Assembly (NCBI GenBank): GCA_963851265.1
Contig: CAWKNZ010000002.1
Span: 64,001-128,000, forward strand
Origin: an uncultured Gemmatimonadales bacterium
Lineage (GTDB): Bacteria; Gemmatimonadota; Gemmatimonadetes; Gemmatimonadales; Gemmatimonadaceae
DNA length: 64,000 nt
Reading direction: 5' to 3'
Shown in pieces: positions 20,041 through 29,192 of this stretch (positions are counted from its first letter, which is position 1; each line of letters begins with the position of its first letter). Under the pieces are notes generated by a model. That model searched no databases. It was given only the letters and a program-made list of their open reading frames with translations, and was not told the DNA's origin. A program made the translations under genes and the position numbers.

Positions 20041-23000
20041 GCGGAACCGCCGAGCATCCGCTTGATGCGCCCGAACACGCCCTCGGACGTCGCGATGGCC
20101 GCGGATGGCTCGCCGCCGCGCGCCGCCGGATGGCCGGCCTGATCGGACGCGTCGATCTCCGCAGCGACCTGCTCTAACGTGCCGAGCAGCACGACGCGCG
20201 GGCTGACGCGTACGCCCCGCTCGCGCGTGACGCGGTCGATGAAACGGAAGCAGAGCAGCGAGTGCCCCCCGAGGTCGAAGAACTTGTCCGTGCTGTGCAG
20301 GCTCGGCGTCCCGAGCAGCTCCCGCCAGAGTGCCGCGACGTACTGCTCGGTTGGCGTGGTGGGGAGTGCCGCGGGTCTCGCCGCCTCCCAAGGTGCCGCG
20401 ATCGCCAGCCGATCCCACTGCGGAGCGCCGTCCGCGCCCCGCGCGAGTCCGTCAACCTCGACGAAGTGCTGCGGGACCGCCGCCTCGGGGAGCACCTCAC
20501 GAACGCGCTGCCTCAACTCGGTTTCGGTGTACCCCGCGCCGCGCGCCGGTACGACGCACGCGATCGGGCGGGGCTCGCCGTACTCGTCGGTGCGCACGGT
20601 GACGGCCGCGTCCGCGACGCCCGTGTGACCGCGGAGCGCCGCGGCGATGGCCTCGAGTCCGAACACCCGCCCGCTGCGGCCCACCCGACCCGGTTCGGGC
20701 GCGAGCACCTCCACGCGCCCATCCGCGGTGCGGCGCGCCCGTTCGCCGCTCCGGAACGCGCGCGCGCCGGAGCGGAGGGGGTCGTCGACGAACCGCGGAT
20801 CGCCTGCGCGCAGCCGTGCCGCCGCCTCCACGGCCGCCCCAGCGACGTGAAGCCACCCGGGCACGCCCGGCGCGACGACCTCGCCGTGCGCGTCCAGCGC
20901 GAACAGACGGGCGCCCGGGAGCGGCGCGCGGGCGATGCCGCTCGCGGCGTGCGGGGCATTGTTAGGAACACCCATCGCGTTCCAACCGCCGGCCGCGGCG
21001 TGACCGAAGATCGCGAGCACACGCGTCGCGAGACGCGAGACGGTCGCGAGCAGCTCCGGCGTCGCGCCGTCGGTCACGAGCGCGGTGAGCCGCGCGTCCC
21101 CGTTCCACCCTGCGACATCCAGCTCGCGCCAGACGTCTGCCGGCGCCGCCACGAACGTCGCGCGGACGTCCTGAAGCCACTCGGCAAGCAGCGACCCGTC
21201 AACGTCGGAGCCGTCCGGCGGGGGCGCGAGCGCCGCGCCACACGCGAGCGGCAGCAGTAACTCCAGCAGCGCCGCGGGCGCCGCGGGCGAGTGCACGGGC
21301 ACGGCAATCGTTGCCTCGCTCACGTCGAGGCGTGCGGAAAGGCCGGCGGCGAGCGCGTCGAGACCCGCGCGCGAGAGTGCGGCCGTCGTCGGACGCCCCG
21401 AGGCGTCGACGTCGTGCAACACGAACGCCACCTCGTCAGCCGCGCCGACGTCCTCACCAGAGGTCAGCAACGTCGCGCCGGTTGTGATCGCATCGAGCGC
21501 GATGCGCGGAACGCTCGTGCCAAGTGCGCGCACGCCGGCCGCGGTCGTGAGCGCGCAGGCGACGCCAGCCGACGCCGCGACCGCGTCGTTGTACGCGGCC
21601 GGGTCGCGGGTGTCGAGCAGCAGCGCGGCGCCGTGCGCAGCGCGCACGCCGAGCATCGCCGCCGCGCGCGACGCGACGTCGTCCGCCAGCACGGCCACGC
21701 GCGCCCCGGCGGCGACTCCGCTAGCCGCGAGCGCCGCACGGACCGCTTCGGCACGCGCGAGCAACTGCCCGTAACTGACCGGGCCGCGCGACGGGTCGTT
21801 CACGGCGATGGCGTCCGGGCGTGCGGTGCCTGCCGCGACGATCGACGCGACGAGCGAACGCGCCGGCTCGTCCGCGCCCTCGACGAGCGCGTCGTCGCCG
21901 ACCGCGGAGCGCAACTCGTCCGTACTGAGCAGCGGCAGCCGCCCGATCGTCTGGTGCGGGTCGTCGAGCACCGACATCAGGAGCGTTCGAAGGTGCGCCA
22001 GGAGTCGTTCGGCCGTCGCGCGCTCGAACAGGTCCGTGCTGAAGTTGAGGACCGCCAGCAATCCCTGCTCCCTGGACATCGTCCACAGCATCAGATCGTT
22101 CGTCGCCGCAGTCTGCGGCATCTGCACCTGCTCGACCCGCAGACCGGCGGCGGCCCGCGGACGCGCGCGCGCGTCCTGCATCGAGAACAACGCCCGCAGC
22201 GCAGGCACCTTCCCGCCCAGCAGCTCGAACGGCATGTCCTGGTGCGCGAACGCGTCGAGCGTGACGTCCCGCACGCGGCCTAACAGCGCGGCGAACGACG
22301 CTGCCGGGTCCACGTCGAACCGCAGCATCACGGTGTTGACGAACGCGCCGACCACCGGCTCCGTCTCGGGCCACGTGCGCGCGCGCACCGGCGTCCCCAC
22401 GAGCAGGTCACGCTGGCCCGAGTACCGATGCAGGAGCGCGTTGTACGCCGAGAGCAGCAGCATGAACAGCGTCGCCCCGTGCGCGTGCGCGAGGGCCGTG
22501 AGTCGGTCCACCTCGGCGTTCGTGAACGCGATGTGCGCGCGCCCGCCGCCGTAGGTCGGCTGCGCGGGCCGCGGCCGGTCGGTCGGCAGCTCGAGCGTCG
22601 GCAGGTCGTCGCCGAGGTGCGCCCGCCACCACGCCACATGCCGCCCCATCTCCGGCGACGTCAGGTACGACTGCTGCCACGCCGCGAAATCGCCGAGCGT
22701 GATCGGAAGTTCGGCCAGCACGGGCGCGCGCCCAACGGTGCGCGCCTCCAACAGTTCGCAGAATTCGGTGATGAAGATGTCGAACGACCAGCCGTCCCAC
22801 ACCAGCCCGTGGCGCACGGTGTAGAGCAGGTGCTCGCCCGGCGCGAGCGTGATGAGCGCCGCGCGGAGGAGTGGCGCGACGGCCAAGTCGAACGGCGTGG
22901 CACCTTGCTCCTCGACGTAGGCGGTGACCGCCGCATCGCGTTCGGCCGGGTCGAGATCCGAGAAGTCCAGCCGCACCAGGCCGATCCGCGCGTCCGGCTC

Positions 23001-26000
23001 GACGACCTGAACGGGGACGCCGTCCGCCAACTCGAAGCGCGTCCGGAGCTGATCGTGCCGTTGCGCGAAGTCGTCGAGCGCACCCTCCACGGCGCCGGCG
23101 TCGACGTCACCGGTCAGTTGCCACGCGGCGGCGTGCACGTGCGTCGCCGCAGTCGCCGGGTCGAGCTCCTCCAGGCGCCAGATCCGGTGCTGCAACGCCG
23201 TGAGCGGCGCGCGCGTGCGGGTCGGGTCGTGCGGGATGGTCGATGCTCGGGCCGAGCCCGTTCCAATCGAGCCTTGCGTCTCGCCCGTCTCCCGCGCGAC
23301 CAGCGCCGCGAACCGCTCGACCGTCGGCGCTTCGAAAATGCGCCGGTAGGCCAACTCTACGCCGTGGTCACGCCGCAAGCGTCCGAGCACCTGCGCGGCC
23401 ATGAGCGAATGTCCCCCGAGCTGGAAGAAGTCGTCGTGCGCGCCGACCCGTCCCACGCGCAGCGCCTCGGCCCACAGCTCCGCGACGAGGCGCTCGGCCG
23501 GTGTGCGGGGTTCCACGAACGCGGTCCCGGACGCGGGCGTGTGTGCGGCCGCGAACCCTCGCGGCTCGGGGAGCGCCGCGCGGTCGACCTTGCCACTCGG
23601 CGTGAGCGGCAGGGCCGGCAGCACGACGAACGTCTGCGGGATCATGTAGTCCGGGAGTGCCGCCCGAAGGTGGGCGCGCAGCTCCTGTTCGTTAGGCACC
23701 ATCGCCGCCGCGACCACGTACGCCACGAGGCGCCGGTCGTCGGGCCGGTCCTCGCGCACCACGACGACACACGCACCCACGCCCGGGCACTCGCCGAGGC
23801 GGGTTTCGATCTCGCCGAGTTCGATCCGGTAACCGCGCAGCTTGACCTGATGGTCGTTGCGGCCGAGGCACTCGAGCGTGCCGTCGCCCAGCCGGCGGAC
23901 GACGTCTCCCGTTCGGTACATGCGGGCGCCCGGCTCGCCCGCGAACGGGTCCGCGAGGAACCGCTCCGCCGTGAGCTCCGGGCGGCGCAGGTAGCCGTTC
24001 GACACGCCCGTGCCGCCGATGAAGAGCTCGCCGCGCACGCCGACCGGAACCGGCTGCATCCGCGCGTCGAGCACGTACGCGCGCGTGTTCGCGATCGGGC
24101 CGCCGATCAACACGCGGGCGACCGGCGACTGCACGCGCCAGAACGTCGACCAGACCGTCGTTTCGGTCGGACCGTAGCCGTTCCACACCTCGCCAGCTCG
24201 CGCACAGAGCGCGTCGCCCAGATCCCGGGGCATTGCCTCGCCCGTGCAGATCACACGCAGGTGTGACCCGCCTTCCCACCCCGCGGCGAGCAGGAGTCGG
24301 TAGGTGGCCGGCGTCGCGTCGATGAACGTGACGCGTTCGCGCTCGACCAGGGCGCGAAGTTGGACGCCGTCGGCCGCGACCTCTCGTGAGGCGAGCACGA
24401 CGCGCGCACCGACGGTCAGCGGCAGGATCGTCTCGGACACCGCGATGTCGAACGACAGCGTCGTGATCGCGAGTACGACGTCGCCCGCGGTCATGCCTGG
24501 CGTCTGCTGCACGGACAGCAGCAGGTTGACCACCGCGCGGTGCGGCACGACCACGCCCTTGGGACGGCCGGTGGAGCCGGAGGTGTAGATGACGTACGCC
24601 GGCCCGTCCGGCTCGGGCTCGTCCGAGTCGACGTGCGCCGCGAACGGCTCGGTCGAGAGCGCGGCGATCGACGGCGCGTCGGCGCCGTCGATCGACACGA
24701 CCGGGACGTCGGGGCGCGCGGCCGTGAGCGGCGTGTCGGCGCGCACCGACTCTTGGGTGAGGAGCAGTGCGATCTGGGCGTCGTCCGCGGCGTGCGTGAG
24801 CCGGTCGACCGGGTGGCCCGGGTCGAGCGGCACGTACGCGCCGCCGGCCTTGAGCACGGCAAGCACGGCGACGAACAGTTCCGCCGTGCGCTCGAGGCAG
24901 AGGCCGACGAACGCGCCGCGCCGGACGCCGCGCGCGCGCAGGTGGCGCGCGAGCCGGTTCGCGCGCGCGTCGAGTTCGCCGTACGTGAGCGCGCGGACGC
25001 CGTCGTCGATCGCGACTGCGTTAGGCGTACGCGCCGCCTGCGCCTCGACGAGCGGGTGCACGAGCGGGCACTCGGGGAGGGCCAGCGCCGGCCCGGCCGC
25101 GGCCGATTCGTGCGCGGTCGTGAGCGGGAGCGACCCGACCGTCACATCGGCCGCTCCGTCCGCGTCGGCGACGCCCTCGAGCAGGCGTTCGTACGCCGCG
25201 AGCCATGCGCGCACGGTCTCGGCATCGTAGAGCGCGGTGTTGTACTGGCACTCGAGCGTGACCGCGCCGTCCAGCTCGACCGCGTTGACGAACAGGTCGA
25301 AGTTCTCGCTCGAGCGCGGGACCGCGTGCAGCGTCGCCGACATTCCCGCGAATGGCATCGCCGCCGCGGTGATGCCCTTGTCGACGTTGAACGCGACCGA
25401 GACGAGCGGCGGGCGGCCGGGGTCGCGCGCGAGCGGCAGGCGCGCGAGCAGGCTGCCGAGCGTCACCGACTGGTGTTCCTGCGCGTCGAGCATCTGCCGC
25501 CGCACGTGGGCGAGCGCGTCGCGCACCGGCGCGTCGCTCGTTAGGCGCAGCCGCACGGGGAGCATGCTCACGAGGTGGCCGACCAGCCGCGGCATGCCGC
25601 AGGCGGGCTGCCCCGCGGTGGGCACGCCGATCACGAGGTCGTCGCCTCCCCCCAGCCGGTGCAGGAGCATGCCGAACGCGCCAAACAGCGTCGCGAACTG
25701 GCTCGCCCCCGCACGCGCGCCGGCGCGCGTCGCGCGCCGCACGAGGTCCGCGCCGAGCACGTAGTCCACGCGCGCGGCCGCGTACTGGCGAGTCGCGGGG
25801 CGGGGGTGGTCCGTAGGCAGGTCGAGGACGGGCGCGCCCTGCGCGAACTGGTCCAGCCAGTACCGCTCGGCCGCATCGACCGCGGCGAGCGCGTCCGGGT
25901 CTGCCGCGGCACCGGCGTAGGCCGCGAACGAATCGGCCGGCGGAAGGTCCAGCGGCCGGCCGGCTCGGCGCGCGGTGTACGCCGCCGCGAGCTCGGGGAC

Positions 26001-26516
26001 GATCACGCCGAACGACCAGCCGTCGCACACGATGTGGTGGGCCGAGATGACTAACGCGTGCTCGTCCGGCTCGAATCGCGCGAGGTCGAATCGCACGAGC
26101 GGACCCTGCAGCAGGTCGAACGGTTCTGCCACGACCCGTGAGCGCAGTGCCTGCCACGCGGCGTCACGTGCGGCGGCCGGCAGCGGATGCCAGTCGTGGC
26201 GCACGACGGGCACGTCGGCCGGCGCCTCCGCGATCGCGACGACGGTCCCGTCGGCCGAGAATGTCGCGCGAAGTGCCTCGTGGCGCGCGACCACGTCCGC
26301 CACGGCGCCGACGAGTGCATCCACGTCGAGCATACCACGCAGGCGCACTTCGACCGCCTCGTTGAACGCGAGCGACGCTTCCGTCCCCATCCACGTCGCC
26401 GCCCAGATCTCGCGCTGCGCGGCCGTGGACGGCACGGCGCTGGCGAGTGCGGGGCCGGCGAACGGGTCGAAGTCGTCGGTCGGGGAGAAGCTGGTCGGGG
26501 CGATGGCGGTAGTCAC
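20037..26516 (-). CDS. NRPS: C-A-T-C*-A(degenerate)-T, no TE
   Basis: C1 HHIVCDG; A1 YTSGSTGRPKG, YGPTE, YRTGD, PSGK; T1 FFQLGGHSL; C2 HGLVWDG; A2 lacks core motifs; T2 FFDLGGHSL; AAGGA upstream of GTG 26516. Confidence 0.9.
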   Translation of the reverse strand: MTTAIAPTSFSPTDDFDPFAGPALASAVPSTAAQREIWAATWMGTEASLAFNEAVEVRLRGMLDVDALVGAVADVVARHEALRATFSADGTVVAIAEAPADVPVVRHDWHPLPAAARDAAWQALRSRVVAEPFDLLQGPLVRFDLARFEPDEHALVISAHHIVCDGWSFGVIVPELAAAYTARRAGRPLDLPPADSFAAYAGAAADPDALAAVDAAERYWLDQFAQGAPVLDLPTDHPRPATRQYAAARVDYVLGADLVRRATRAGARAGASQFATLFGAFGMLLHRLGGGDDLVIGVPTAGQPACGMPRLVGHLVSMLPVRLRLTSDAPVRDALAHVRRQMLDAQEHQSVTLGSLLARLPLARDPGRPPLVSVAFNVDKGITAAAMPFAGMSATLHAVPRSSENFDLFVNAVELDGAVTLECQYNTALYDAETVRAWLAAYERLLEGVADADGAADVTVGSLPLTTAHESAAAGPALALPECPLVHPLVEAQAARTPNAVAIDDGVRALTYGELDARANRLARHLRARGVRRGAFVGLCLERTAELFVAVLAVLKAGGAYVPLDPGHPVDRLTHAADDAQIALLLTQESVRADTPLTAARPDVPVVSIDGADAPSIAALSTEPFAAHVDSDEPEPDGPAYVIYTSGSTGRPKGVVVPHRAVVNLLLSVQQTPGMTAGDVVLAITTLSFDIAVSETILPLTVGARVVLASREVAADGVQLRALVERERVTFIDATPATYRLLLAAGWEGGSHLRVICTGEAMPRDLGDALCARAGEVWNGYGPTETTVWSTFWRVQSPVARVLIGGPIANTRAYVLDARMQPVPVGVRGELFIGGTGVSNGYLRRPELTAERFLADPFAGEPGARMYRTGDVVRRLGDGTLECLGRNDHQVKLRGYRIELGEIETRLGECPGVGACVVVVREDRPDDRRLVAYVVAAAMVPNEQELRAHLRAALPDYMIPQTFVVLPALPLTPSGKVDRAALPEPRGFAAAHTPASGTAFVEPRTPAERLVAELWAEALRVGRVGAHDDFFQLGGHSLMAAQVLGRLRRDHGVELAYRRIFEAPTVERFAALVARETGETQGSIGTGSARASTIPHDPTRTRAPLTALQHRIWRLEELDPATAATHVHAAAWQLTGDVDAGAVEGALDDFAQRHDQLRTRFELADGVPVQVVEPDARIGLVRLDFSDLDPAERDAAVTAYVEEQGATPFDLAVAPLLRAALITLAPGEHLLYTVRHGLVWDGWSFDIFITEFCELLEARTVGRAPVLAELPITLGDFAAWQQSYLTSPEMGRHVAWWRAHLGDDLPTLELPTDRPRPAQPTYGGGRAHIAFTNAEVDRLTALAHAHGATLFMLLLSAYNALLHRYSGQRDLLVGTPVRARTWPETEPVVGAFVNTVMLRFDVDPAASFAALLGRVRDVTLDAFAHQDMPFELLGGKVPALRALFSMQDARARPRAAAGLRVEQVQMPQTAATNDLMLWTMSREQGLLAVLNFSTDLFERATAERLLAHLRTLLMSVLDDPHQTIGRLPLLSTDELRSAVGDDALVEGADEPARSLVASIVAAGTARPDAIAVNDPSRGPVSYGQLLARAEAVRAALAASGVAAGARVAVLADDVASRAAAMLGVRAAHGAALLLDTRDPAAYNDAVAASAGVACALTTAAGVRALGTSVPRIALDAITTGATLLTSGEDVGAADEVAFVLHDVDASGRPTTAALSRAGLDALAAGLSARLDVSEATIAVPVHSPAAPAALLELLLPLACGAALAPPPDGSDVDGSLLAEWLQDVRATFVAAPADVWRELDVAGWNGDARLTALVTDGATPELLATVSRLATRVLAIFGHAAAGGWNAMGVPNNAPHAASGIARAPLPGARLFALDAHGEVVAPGVPGWLHVAGAAVEAAARLRAGDPRFVDDPLRSGARAFRSGERARRTADGRVEVLAPEPGRVGRSGRVFGLEAIAAALRGHTGVADAAVTVRTDEYGEPRPIACVVPARGAGYTETELRQRVREVLPEAAVPQHFVEVDGLARGADGAPQWDRLAIAAPWEAARPAALPTTPTEQYVAALWRELLGTPSLHSTDKFFDLGGHSLLCFRFIDRVTRERGVRVSPRVVLLGTLEQVAAEIDASDQAGHPAARGGEPSAAIATSEGVFGRIKRMLGGSA

Positions 26517-26539
26517 GAGCGTTCCTTGAAGGCGGCGAA

Positions 26540-27457
26540 TCAGCGAATCGGGACGTGGCACACCCGTTCACGTCGCGGGCGGAGCAGCATTGTGAGTACG
26601 ATGAGCACGAACTTCGGATCCTGAACCAGGTAGCGCCGCCAGAGGCGGCGTGGCTCCTGGCCGAGCCGGTACGCCCACTCCAGTCCCGCGCGCGACATCC
26701 ACGCGGGCGACCGGCGGAGCGCACCGGCGAGGAAGTCGAGGCTCGCGCCGACACCGACGGCGACCACCGGGCCCATGGCGGGCAGCGCTCGGGCGATGAA
26801 CAGCTCCTGCTTCGGCGCGCCGAGGCCGACGAAGAGGAGGTCGGGCCGGGCCGCGCGGATGCGCGCGATCACGGGCGCGTCGGCCGCGTGGTCGGGTTCA
26901 CACGAGATGCGCGCGTCGTCGGTGCCGACGACGTTCACGCCGTGGTCGTCGCGCAGCCGGCGCGCGGCCTCGACCGCGCTGCCCGGGCCTCCGCCCAACA
27001 CGTACACGCGCCAGCCGCGCTGGGCGGCGCGCTGCGCCATCGGCAGCAGCATGTCGGAGCCCGAGAGCTTCTCCGGAACGGCGGGGCGCAGCAGGCGCGA
27101 GGCCCAGACGAGCGGGACGCCGTCGGTCAGACTGAGGCTCGCGCCGGCGTAGGCGGCGCGGAACCCGGCGTCGTGCTCCGCCATGACGACGTGGTCGACG
27201 TTCGGCGTGAACACCGAGCCGCCCTCCCCGCGCGCGACGAGGGCGTCGAGGGCGTCGAGGGCCTGGCCGCGTGTGAGCACGTCAACCCAGAGGTGACCCA
27301 TGCGCAGCCGCGCGCGCGTGGGGGCGGGCGCCGGCGGCGCGTAAACCGGTGACCCGTCGACGGCCGCCGCGTACGCGGGCGTCGCACGGGGCGAGCGCGT
27401 GCGGACCGCGGGGATGTAGTCGGTGGGGGTCGGCGCGGGCGCCGCGGTCGTGCTCAT
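26540..27457 (-). CDS. WecB/TagA/CpsF glycosyltransferase
   Basis: FTPNVDH, DGVPLVWAS, LSGSD, FVGLGAPKQE, GLEWAYRL.QEPRRLWRRY. Confidence 0.92.
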   Translation of the reverse strand: MSTTAAPAPTPTDYIPAVRTRSPRATPAYAAAVDGSPVYAPPAPAPTRARLRMGHLWVDVLTRGQALDALDALVARGEGGSVFTPNVDHVVMAEHDAGFRAAYAGASLSLTDGVPLVWASRLLRPAVPEKLSGSDMLLPMAQRAAQRGWRVYVLGGGPGSAVEAARRLRDDHGVNVVGTDDARISCEPDHAADAPVIARIRAARPDLLFVGLGAPKQELFIARALPAMGPVVAVGVGASLDFLAGALRRSPAWMSRAGLEWAYRLGQEPRRLWRRYLVQDPKFVLIVLTMLLRPRRERVCHVPIR

Positions 27458-27933
27458 CGGTCGCGCACGGTGATGCTGCCGACGAAGTGCGGATGACCGA
27501 CGGCCGCCACCGTGCGGCGTGCGTCGCCCACGACGCCCGTGCCGAGTGGGACGACGAGCAGGGCCGCGTCGGCCGCGCGTGCGAGCGGGATGGCCGGGGC
27601 CCGCACGAGGGGCGACGCGAGGACGACGAGTACGCGCGCGCCGGCCGCCGCGCGTCCGCCGACGGCGCCGATCACCTGCTGCACGTCTTCTGGCGCGGCG
27701 TGCTCCGCATCGATCACCTCGACCGGGGTCGCCTGGTACGCGCGCGCGGCGCCGGCGAGGCGTTCGGCCAGCGGCCACGCCGACGTGCCGGGATCGGCCG
27801 GAACGAGGGCGAGTGAGCCCCAGCCGTGCTGTTCGAGCGTGAACCAGAGATGCGCCCACTCCCCGGCGTCGACGGTGGACGTGCCGGCGTCGACGGTGCC
27901 TGATGCGCGGGGGTGCGGTTCGATCGACATCAT
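27454..27933 (-). CDS. Stand-alone BY-kinase-like pseudokinase (Wze-like)
   Basis: SLALVPADPG where Walker A would lie (no GKS/T), VLVVLASP in place of Walker B, LARAADAALLVV; ATGA overlaps on both sides. Confidence 0.6.
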   Translation of the reverse strand: MMSIEPHPRASGTVDAGTSTVDAGEWAHLWFTLEQHGWGSLALVPADPGTSAWPLAERLAGAARAYQATPVEVIDAEHAAPEDVQQVIGAVGGRAAAGARVLVVLASPLVRAPAIPLARAADAALLVVPLGTGVVGDARRTVAAVGHPHFVGSITVRDR

Positions 27934-29192
27934 GGGTGACGGAGTGCAGAGGGATGCGACGGACGCGGGGCGGCGCCCTCCGCGGCGGGTGCGATCGGGA
28001 CGGCGGCCTGCGGCGCGCGCGCGGTGCGCACCCACGCATCGCCGCGCGTGCGCGGGCGTAGCGCGACGGCGAGTTTCCACGCCGCGTACGCCGGCCCCCA
28101 CGCGAGGTCGAGCACCACACGTGGGCCGTGGCCGGCGAGCGCCGCCCCGCGCGCGACGTACGCCGCGAGACAGACGAGCGCCGCCCCCCACGGGGCAACG
28201 CCCACCACGCCGGCCCACCCGGACCAGGCGGCTACGGCCGCCGTCACGGTCCCGAGGAGCGCGACCGCGCCGAGCGTGGTCAGCGGTGGCACGAGCAGGT
28301 CGGCGGCGAGGTCGAGCGGCACGCGGTCCTTGCGCACCCACGTCGCCCGGACGAGTGTCGGCACGAGGCGGCGGACCAGGTCGGCCCTGCCGTTTTCCCA
28401 GCGTTCCCGCTGCGTCTGGGCGGCCTCCGCCGTGACTGGCATCTCGCCGAGTACGGTGGCTTCGGGGACGTACGCGACGCGCACGCCGGCCGCGCCGAGG
28501 GCGACGCCGTATTCGACGTCCTCGACGCGCGAGAACGCCTGGTGCGGATGCCGGCGGAGCGTATTCATGCTGAAGCCCATGCCGTTTCCCCGCAGTCCGC
28601 ACGAGAGCCCGAGCCGCTCGCGTCCGAGCGAGCGGGTGGTGTGGTAGCAGGCGAAGGCGACGGCCATGAGCCGCGTCCGCCACGAGGCGTCGGCGTTGCG
28701 CACACCGTACTCCGCCTGGACCGACGCCTCGCCCGCGCCGAAGCGGGCGGCGAACGCGCGCAGCAGGTTGGGCGAGACCACCGTGTCGGCGTCGACCACC
28801 ACGACCGCGTCGGCGACGCCGTCGGCGATCGACACGCCGTAGGCATGGGCCAGCGCGTAGCCCTTGCCGCGCCGCGCCGCGTCGTGCCGATCGAGGACGA
28901 GTGCGCCGGCCGCGCGCGCCCGAGCCGCGGTGTCGTCGGTGCAGTTGTCGGCGACGACCAGCACGCGGTACCGCTCGCGCGGGTAGTCGAGCGCGAGCAG
29001 GCTACTGACGGTCGCGCCGATACCCTGCGCCTCGTCGTGCGCGGGAACGATCACGTCGAAGCGCACGCGATCGTTTGGTGCGGGCGGCGTGACGTCGCGT
29101 GCGGCGGCCGCGAGCATCGCGAGGTAGCCCGACGCGGCCAGCACGGGAGTGCCTGCGACTGCGAGCGCGACGTTCACGAAGGCGGGCGTCAT
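27930..29192 (-). CDS. Membrane GT2 glycosyltransferase
   Basis: VIVPAHDE, ADNCTDDT, GKGYAL, VVDAD, GNGM, VEDVE, QRERW, C-terminal TMs. Confidence 0.9.
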   Translation of the reverse strand: MTPAFVNVALAVAGTPVLAASGYLAMLAAAARDVTPPAPNDRVRFDVIVPAHDEAQGIGATVSSLLALDYPRERYRVLVVADNCTDDTAARARAAGALVLDRHDAARRGKGYALAHAYGVSIADGVADAVVVVDADTVVSPNLLRAFAARFGAGEASVQAEYGVRNADASWRTRLMAVAFACYHTTRSLGRERLGLSCGLRGNGMGFSMNTLRRHPHQAFSRVEDVEYGVALGAAGVRVAYVPEATVLGEMPVTAEAAQTQRERWENGRADLVRRLVPTLVRATWVRKDRVPLDLAADLLVPPLTTLGAVALLGTVTAAVAAWSGWAGVVGVAPWGAALVCLAAYVARGAALAGHGPRVVLDLAWGPAYAAWKLAVALRPRTRGDAWVRTARAPQAAVPIAPAAEGAAPRPSHPSALRHP

